DNA of 64,000 nucleotides from positions 2,817 through 66,816 of the IMG/VR virus record IMGVR_UViG_3300008108_000413; one strand, written 5' to 3'. The notes under the pieces are model-generated. The model was given only the letters and a program-made list of their open reading frames with translations, ran no database searches and was not told where the DNA came from. This document shows, piece after piece, positions 58,884 through 64,000 of this stretch; within the stretch, counting starts at the first letter, position 1, and each line of letters starts with the position of its first letter. The DNA is from a virus. The translations under genes were made by a program, and so were the position numbers.

Positions 58884-59162
58884 TTAAGAAGCTTGTTCTG
58901 TCTCAGTTTCAGCTTCTGTGTTAGTTGACTGATGTTTCTTATTTGTATACTTATCAACAGACCCTATTGCAAAGGATCCGAGTACAAGTATAAGAAAAGA
59001 ATTGAATATGAACTCATTAACTATAAGTGAAGTTCCCATGAAGCCTGTGATAATATCTGCTATTGCAAACAAAATCATCATTACAAAAGCCATGAATCCC
59101 ACTACTGACTTCTCATTTATAGAGTTGCTATCACAGAACAACTGATTAAAAAACTTTTTCAT
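58884..59162 (-). CDS. Holin-like protein (2 TM)
   Basis: Two hydrophobic helices and a charged C-tail; next to the lysin. Confidence 0.6.
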   Translation of the reverse strand: MKKFFNQLFCDSNSINEKSVVGFMAFVMMILFAIADIITGFMGTSLIVNEFIFNSFLILVLGSFAIGSVDKYTNKKHQSTNTEAETETEQAS

Positions 59163-59166
59163 TTCT

Positions 59167-59670
59167 TTAGAATTTAAGATTAACTAAACTATCTATTTCA
59201 GAGCGCTTTACTGGAATACCTGGAGATTCAGGGTCTTCTTTTGAGGGGTAAAACAGCGCCTTATTATTTAAAACCTCAAGTAAACTGGCTTTATATTCTT
59301 GTTTGGTTGGACCATTATCTAATTGAAATATAAGTAACTCAAATACATAATCAGGTGTTGCCCAACCATACTTTGTTTCAATCTTATCCTGAACCACAAC
59401 TTGTACTGGTTTTTCTTCTGTTGCTTCTACAAGGCTATCTGCCATCATAGTTACCTCTTCAACTTTTTCTACTAACTGTTTATTTTGAGTAACAAGCTCT
59501 GTATTTTCAGTTTTTAGTTGAGTGTTTTCAGATTTAAGCTGAGTATTTTGCTGAGCCAGGGTAACATTTTTATCTACTACTGTAACATGTTTATCTCCAG
59601 CAGAAAAAATTCCAAAGAGCACAAGTGCTACAACAGCCAATAAAAGTACTGGTAATAAAGATTTTTTCAT
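59167..59670 (-). CDS. Membrane-anchored coiled-coil protein (spanin-like candidate)
   Basis: N-terminal TM/signal; QNTQLKSENTQLKTENTEL heptads. Confidence 0.45.
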   Translation of the reverse strand: MKKSLLPVLLLAVVALVLFGIFSAGDKHVTVVDKNVTLAQQNTQLKSENTQLKTENTELVTQNKQLVEKVEEVTMMADSLVEATEEKPVQVVVQDKIETKYGWATPDYVFELLIFQLDNGPTKQEYKASLLEVLNNKALFYPSKEDPESPGIPVKRSEIDSLVNLKF

Positions 59671-59703
59671 TTTATTTGCTTTTTACAATAAGCAAAAACT
59701 GCT

Positions 59704-60003
59704 TTATTTGCTTTTTCTAGTAAGCAAAAGTTCCTTAAAGCTTTCTACAGTTCTTGTATTATTTTCAATAATACTGCGCAACTGATTCTGATCATTTTTT
59801 ATGTACTCTTTAAGCTCCTTTTCAAGCTCATCTACACGCGCTTTTAATCTATCTTCAGAAGCAATCTGTCTTTTAAGCATAAACCAAAGAACAGCTCCTA
59901 AACCTAGTACTACTACACCCAGTGCGCCATACTGAGTAAGTGTTTCAAATACACCAAGGCTTGGTACACCTGATGCATCTGCAGATAAAAGTATAGTACT
60001 CAT
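59704..60003 (-). CDS. Single-TM holin-like protein (BhlA/UviB-like)
   Basis: LTQYGALGVVVLGLGAVLWFML followed by a coiled coil. Confidence 0.5.
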   Translation of the reverse strand: MSTILLSADASGVPSLGVFETLTQYGALGVVVLGLGAVLWFMLKRQIASEDRLKARVDELEKELKEYIKNDQNQLRSIIENNTRTVESFKELLLTRKSK

Positions 60004-60016
60004 TTTATATTTTTAT

Positions 60017-60265
60017 TTAAAAGTGATTAGACATCCAATCCCAAAAAGTCTTAAGTCCCCCACCTATTGCTAAAGCAAAGCCTCCACCAATCCACTTGAC
60101 TTTTTTATCAACTTCAACATATCTCTCTACTTTCTTAAGTCTAGGGACTATACCTTTGTCTTTATCATAAGCATCTCCTACAAGAGCTTTATGAATATCA
60201 TCTATTTTATCAGTTAAGCAGGATATCTTTTTTTCAATATCCTCAAGTTTAGATACATTCTCCAT
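60017..60265 (-). CDS. Small coiled-coil protein with C-terminal hydrophobic segment (likely start ATG 60265, MENVSK)
   Basis: Coiled coil then WIGGGFALAIGGGL; lysis-cassette context. Confidence 0.5.
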   Translation of the reverse strand: MENVSKLEDIEKKISCLTDKIDDIHKALVGDAYDKDKGIVPRLKKVERYVEVDKKVKWIGGGFALAIGGGLKTFWDWMSNHF

Positions 60266-60294
60266 GACACAAACAAACAAACAAATTAAACCTA

Positions 60295-60549
60295 TTAAAG
60301 AGTAGCTAGTGTAAGAAAAGCATACCAAGTAGTACCATCATATACTACGCTTTTAGATACTAAAAACTTAGTAGTACTATTAGATAATACTGTATTAATT
60401 GCTGTTTCTAAAAGGCCTGCGCTTGCAGCACTAACTTGTGTTTCTCTAAGAAACAAGTTTTGGCTCATTCCTAAAAGTTGGAGAGCTTGAAGCTGGTAAG
60501 GAAAGTTATTTCCTTTATTACCATAGTCTTTTAAATTACCTACTGACAT
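60295..60549 (-). CDS. Small structural protein sharing its N-terminal module with the upstream gene
   Basis: MSVGNLKDYGNKGNNFPYQL..LQLLG. Confidence 0.6.
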   Translation of the reverse strand: MSVGNLKDYGNKGNNFPYQLQALQLLGMSQNLFLRETQVSAASAGLLETAINTVLSNSTTKFLVSKSVVYDGTTWYAFLTLATL

Positions 60550-60567
60550 ATCTTTATTATTTTAATA

Positions 60568-61887
60568 TTATCTACTTACTTCTTCCCAGTCAACAGAAGC
60601 ATACATACCTAGGGTTCCTCCTATAGTATCTATAGCTGCTTCTACTACTAGTTCAAAAGCTACACCTGTTAAACCATTTCTTTCTAGCTGGTTAGCAAAA
60701 AGTGCTTCCTTAAGTATGTTTATACTAGGTGATGCTTGGTTAGAAGAGTTTATATAACCCAGAGCAAGTACTCTACCACCTGTTACAGAAGTTCCAGTAA
60801 TGTTGTATTCTACTGCAGAATCTACACCTGCAGGTACCCATGCTCCACCAGTTATAGTAGCACCTTGTACTACTCTCCAAGCATAGTTTTTACCATTACC
60901 TAATCCTAATATAGATATTGCTGTAGCTATAACTATAGCATCTAGAGCTGTGGCAGTAAGCTTTAATCCTATAATAGGATAATAGGTACCTGCTACAGCA
61001 AAAGTTCTAGGGGTAGTAATAGGGGTACCTACAGCTTGTTGCGCTCCTCTAAGCTCATAACCTCCTTCAGAGATAACAGTAGAGCATACTTGTTTTAATG
61101 TGCTAGTGCTAGCTGTAACTCCTGTATTGGTAATCTCATATCTTAATGGTAGAGAAGCTGTGGTTATATAAGTAGAGGTAATAAGATTAGCGTGGTTAAA
61201 TCTATGACAGATTATAAATACTCCATCTATAATAAAGCCTACTCTTACAGTTCCTTCACCTAACCACTCAATATCCATAAATAGGATTTGAGCTTTAGTA
61301 ATATCTAATGTTACTCTAGAAGGACCTGTACCATCTAACTTATCAGCATTCCAAGAAGATTGAGGTACTACTGTTTCAGTAACTAATCCAGTAACTAAAC
61401 TTCTCTCTACAAAACTTACCGTGTTGTTATCAAGTTGTATATAAATACCATTATCATCACCAAAGTATCCTACTCTTTGTCTAAGATTAGTTTGAGCAGG
61501 AGCCATCACAAAGGTGTTAAGCACAAGCAAAGACTTACCTGGTTGATAAGGAAATACTTTATAAGTCTCACGAATTACTTCTGATCCATTAGTAGTATTT
61601 ACATTAAGATTTACCAGTCCTTCATTAGCACTAAAAACTGCAGTACCACCACTAGCAGTAGCTGTAGCCCATAATCCATTATCACGGTATCTATGAGAAG
61701 AATCAAATAAAGTAAGTGGACTAGATACTCTTTGTCTACCAAAGGCATCTGTAGACATAGGTCCTCCAGTAGATGCTACAAGATCATCAATTCCTTGATT
61801 GATCTCACCTAGCAACTGTAGATTTCTAAGTTGGTAGGGGAAATTATTCCCCTTATTACCATAATCTTTTAGGTTACCTATGCTCAT
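60568..61887 (-). CDS. Virion structural protein (fibre/spike-like, beta-rich)
   Basis: DAFGRQRVSSPLTLFDS..YQPGKS..DIEWLGEGTVRVG; family recalled from aquatic phage virion proteins. Confidence 0.6.
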   Translation of the reverse strand: MSIGNLKDYGNKGNNFPYQLRNLQLLGEINQGIDDLVASTGGPMSTDAFGRQRVSSPLTLFDSSHRYRDNGLWATATASGGTAVFSANEGLVNLNVNTTNGSEVIRETYKVFPYQPGKSLLVLNTFVMAPAQTNLRQRVGYFGDDNGIYIQLDNNTVSFVERSLVTGLVTETVVPQSSWNADKLDGTGPSRVTLDITKAQILFMDIEWLGEGTVRVGFIIDGVFIICHRFNHANLITSTYITTASLPLRYEITNTGVTASTSTLKQVCSTVISEGGYELRGAQQAVGTPITTPRTFAVAGTYYPIIGLKLTATALDAIVIATAISILGLGNGKNYAWRVVQGATITGGAWVPAGVDSAVEYNITGTSVTGGRVLALGYINSSNQASPSINILKEALFANQLERNGLTGVAFELVVEAAIDTIGGTLGMYASVDWEEVSR

Positions 61888-61895
61888 ATATAAAC

Positions 61896-62006
61896 TTATT
61901 TTTTACCTCTAGCTTTCATGATTGCAGCATAAGCCTCTGCTCCTTTTTCTATACCAAATTTTGCAATAAGAGCATCTAAAAGTGTTTGATCAACTACTTG
62001 TGGCAT
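61896..62006 (-). CDS. Small protein, 36 aa (not in track)
   Basis: MPQVVDQTLLDALIAKFGIEKGAEAYAAIMKARGKK*; fills the gap. Confidence 0.5.
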   Translation of the reverse strand: MPQVVDQTLLDALIAKFGIEKGAEAYAAIMKARGKK

Positions 62007-62024
62007 GACTATATGTTTTAAAGG

Positions 62025-62432
62025 TTAGGAATAAAATGTAATTTCAATAGCATTTTGAACATTGTTTCCAAGAATCCCATTAGCAGCTACAGAAAGATCT
62101 GTAGTAATAATAAAGATTACATTGAAAAAGAAAGGTACAGCAAGGATGCTAAACCCATCTGGACCAGCTACATCATCAACATAAGTATTATTGCTAATAG
62201 CAACTTGTACTTTTTGACCAGTAGGACCAGTAAAAATATTTTCACTTGCTGTTACAGAATATACTCCTGGTGAAACATACTCATATTCAAAATACAAGCC
62301 TGTATCATTAAACAATTCTGTAACTACAGGTGCAGTAACACCAGTCTGATAAAGATCAGCCACATATTTTTTTACAATTGGTGTAGATCCTTTCTGCCAA
62401 TTATATTGTTTAGGAAGGTTAAATTCATTCAT
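62025..62432 (-). CDS. Putative fibre-tip or structural protein
   Basis: KKYVADLYQTGVTAP..YEYVSPGVY..AIEITFY beta-sandwich-like pattern. Confidence 0.5.
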   Translation of the reverse strand: MNEFNLPKQYNWQKGSTPIVKKYVADLYQTGVTAPVVTELFNDTGLYFEYEYVSPGVYSVTASENIFTGPTGQKVQVAISNNTYVDDVAGPDGFSILAVPFFFNVIFIITTDLSVAANGILGNNVQNAIEITFYS

Positions 62433-62480
62433 GACAAACAGATTTATAGGTTAGTAATAATATACTAAATATAATCTAAA

Positions 62481-63209
62481 TTAGGAAATTATCCTAAGCT
62501 TTTGCATTTCTTCTGGAAAATGCTTATCTAAAATGTCACTTTCTACCTTTGTTAAACTTGGCTTTAACTTATCATAACTAGTAATATTACACCCCTCCGA
62601 CTTAATATCTACTATGATACCCCCCGTGTCTTTAAAGGTTACTACTTTTTCTTTTATTCCTAGGACCTTTAAATTTCTTGTACAAAGGCTATCTAATCCT
62701 TTATCAATCTTGAATATGTTCCAGGGTCTATACCCACATTTAGTCATGATATATCTTGAGAAGCACCTGCCTGCACCCATTGTCTTAATAAAACTTTTTG
62801 TTAGATAGTTTTCTAGAAAATAGGTTTCTTCTTTGTCTAGCCAGCGGAAGTATAACTGATCAAAGCCTAGGTAATAATTGGCATTCTCATTATAGTTGTA
62901 GGAGTAATATTCTAGTATTTGTTTACTAACTAGGTCATCACTACCCACAATAACAAGCATGTCATATTGATACTTACTAGATGCTTCAATTAAGTGGTTC
63001 CACTTTTGAGATAGGGGAGAGTTAGGATATTCTACATAATCCCAACCACTTTCTTCACATAGTTTTTTAGAAACTAATCCTTCACTTCCAACAGCTAATA
63101 GACTGATACTCAGACCACTATCCTGTTTAAGTTTGTTATAATATTCAAGAACTACTTTTGTAAGCTCTGGTCTACCATAGACTGCTGTAACAATAAGTAG
63201 TTTTTTCAT
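62481..63209 (-). CDS. Glycosyltransferase, GT-A fold (GT2-like)
   Basis: LLIVTAVYGRPE, PLSQKWN, YDMLVIVGSDDLV (DxD-like), GAGR. Confidence 0.7.
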   Translation of the reverse strand: MKKLLIVTAVYGRPELTKVVLEYYNKLKQDSGLSISLLAVGSEGLVSKKLCEESGWDYVEYPNSPLSQKWNHLIEASSKYQYDMLVIVGSDDLVSKQILEYYSYNYNENANYYLGFDQLYFRWLDKEETYFLENYLTKSFIKTMGAGRCFSRYIMTKCGYRPWNIFKIDKGLDSLCTRNLKVLGIKEKVVTFKDTGGIIVDIKSEGCNITSYDKLKPSLTKVESDILDKHFPEEMQKLRIIS

Positions 63210-63419
63210 TTATAAACTTAATATTCTTTTGATCTCAGCTATCTCTTCTGGGGTAGCATTAGCAAAAAAATCAAGGACACGAGTTGTGTTCTGTACTGAT
63301 GTATTAGGATCTTCATACACCATGTATTCATCTATGAGATTACCTAAATCATCTGTTTCAGTGCATATCCAAGAATCTCTTCCATCGCCTTGTAATTTGT
63401 ATTTATAGCTCTTCATCAC
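63210..63419 (-). CDS. Small hypothetical protein (possible fibre chaperone)
   Basis: 69-aa ORF directly after the fibre gene. Confidence 0.5.
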   Translation of the reverse strand: MMKSYKYKLQGDGRDSWICTETDDLGNLIDEYMVYEDPNTSVQNTTRVLDFFANATPEEIAEIKRILSL

Positions 63420-64000
63420 TATGCTCGTTTGAAGGTTAATAAAACACGATAAATTGCCCCTACTGGATTAGTCACCCAAACTGGATTAGTTATGCATTTG
63501 TAACAACTGTTGCACTTCCTCCATTTGCAGCGGTTGTGCCTATGGTAGTTGTTGTGTTTTGAGTTGTGTTTCTTAGTGCAAATGTAACAAGCTCACCAGT
63601 TCCCGCTGTTGTGTTACCATAAGTAATAATTGTGGCTGCAATAAGAGTTACTGCATAGCCAAGATTAAAGTCATTATTCGTGTCAGTATTTCCCGCGGTT
63701 GGTGTTATTCCTGAATTTAAAAAATGCCAAACTGAGCTATCCGCCAATGGTGTAGCACCTCCATACAAGCACAAGAATGTAAAATATACATCATCCTTTA
63801 CACTAGGTTGAAGATCTGCATAATACTGAGCAATAGTCCTATTTGTCCAAGCTCCTGCTTTTCTTTGAATAATATCATCATTAGCAGGAGTTAACCCTGC
63901 TATAGTTGTAAGGTCTGAGTCTAGTGGTTGATAGTTAAGAGCTGCGTTAGCTACAGTAAGATAGGTAGCTGATATATCAGGAATATCTCCTGACACAAGA
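63419..64000 (-). CDS. Tail fibre C-terminal part (5' end outside the window), with a frame break at ~63490
   Basis: YQPLDSDLTTIAGL fibre motif; frame 0 stops at 63490, while the -1 frame continues ITNPVWVTNPVGAIYRVLLTFKRA* to TAG 63419-63421. Confidence 0.6.

Noticed and set aside
60295-61887. DGR template/variable repeat or invertible shufflon explaining the duplicated N-termini
   Set aside because: Differences are not adenine-specific, both copies are direct and in coding starts, and no reverse transcriptase or invertase is present in the window.
3505-62808. Plus-strand ORFs and nested short minus-strand ORFs in the track
   Set aside because: They are antisense or alternate-frame shadows of long minus-strand genes, with Ser/Leu/Ile/Phe-rich non-protein-like composition.
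1-64000. CRISPR array, tRNA/rRNA genes, integrase or IS elements
   Set aside because: No regularly spaced repeats or recognisable RNA genes were seen, and intergenic gaps are short. The Cas4-like nucleases have no cas context. tRNAscan was not run.

Overview
A 64-kb, AT-rich fragment of a crAss-like (Crassvirales-type) phage genome, probably infecting Bacteroidota. Essentially all real genes lie on the minus strand. In transcription order (right to left): tail-fibre genes and a GT2 glycosyltransferase; a lysis cassette; a metallophosphoesterase, IHF-like protein and PD-(D/E)xK nuclease; terminase, portal and major capsid protein; a cluster of small Lys-rich proteins; a ring protein, a ferritin and an auxiliary capsid protein; very Cys-rich tail proteins; ring and muzzle proteins; cargo proteins; and three giant ejection proteins. 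The last giant protein is a virion RNA polymerase (DFDFD motif) missing from the ORF track because it runs off the left edge. Most notable: (1) a short [FYMA]-x-x-G-G type motif repeated about 30 times, concentrated in the cargo proteins and small basic proteins (candidate packaging or processing tag); (2) SLOG-, macro-like, ART-like, nuclease and zincin domains inserted in virion-delivered proteins; (3) an intact ferritin next to Cys-rich tail proteins that share a CxxC...CGC motif; (4) several frame breaks that may be assembly deletions or recoding. Family assignments come from motif recognition and gene order only; no searches were run.
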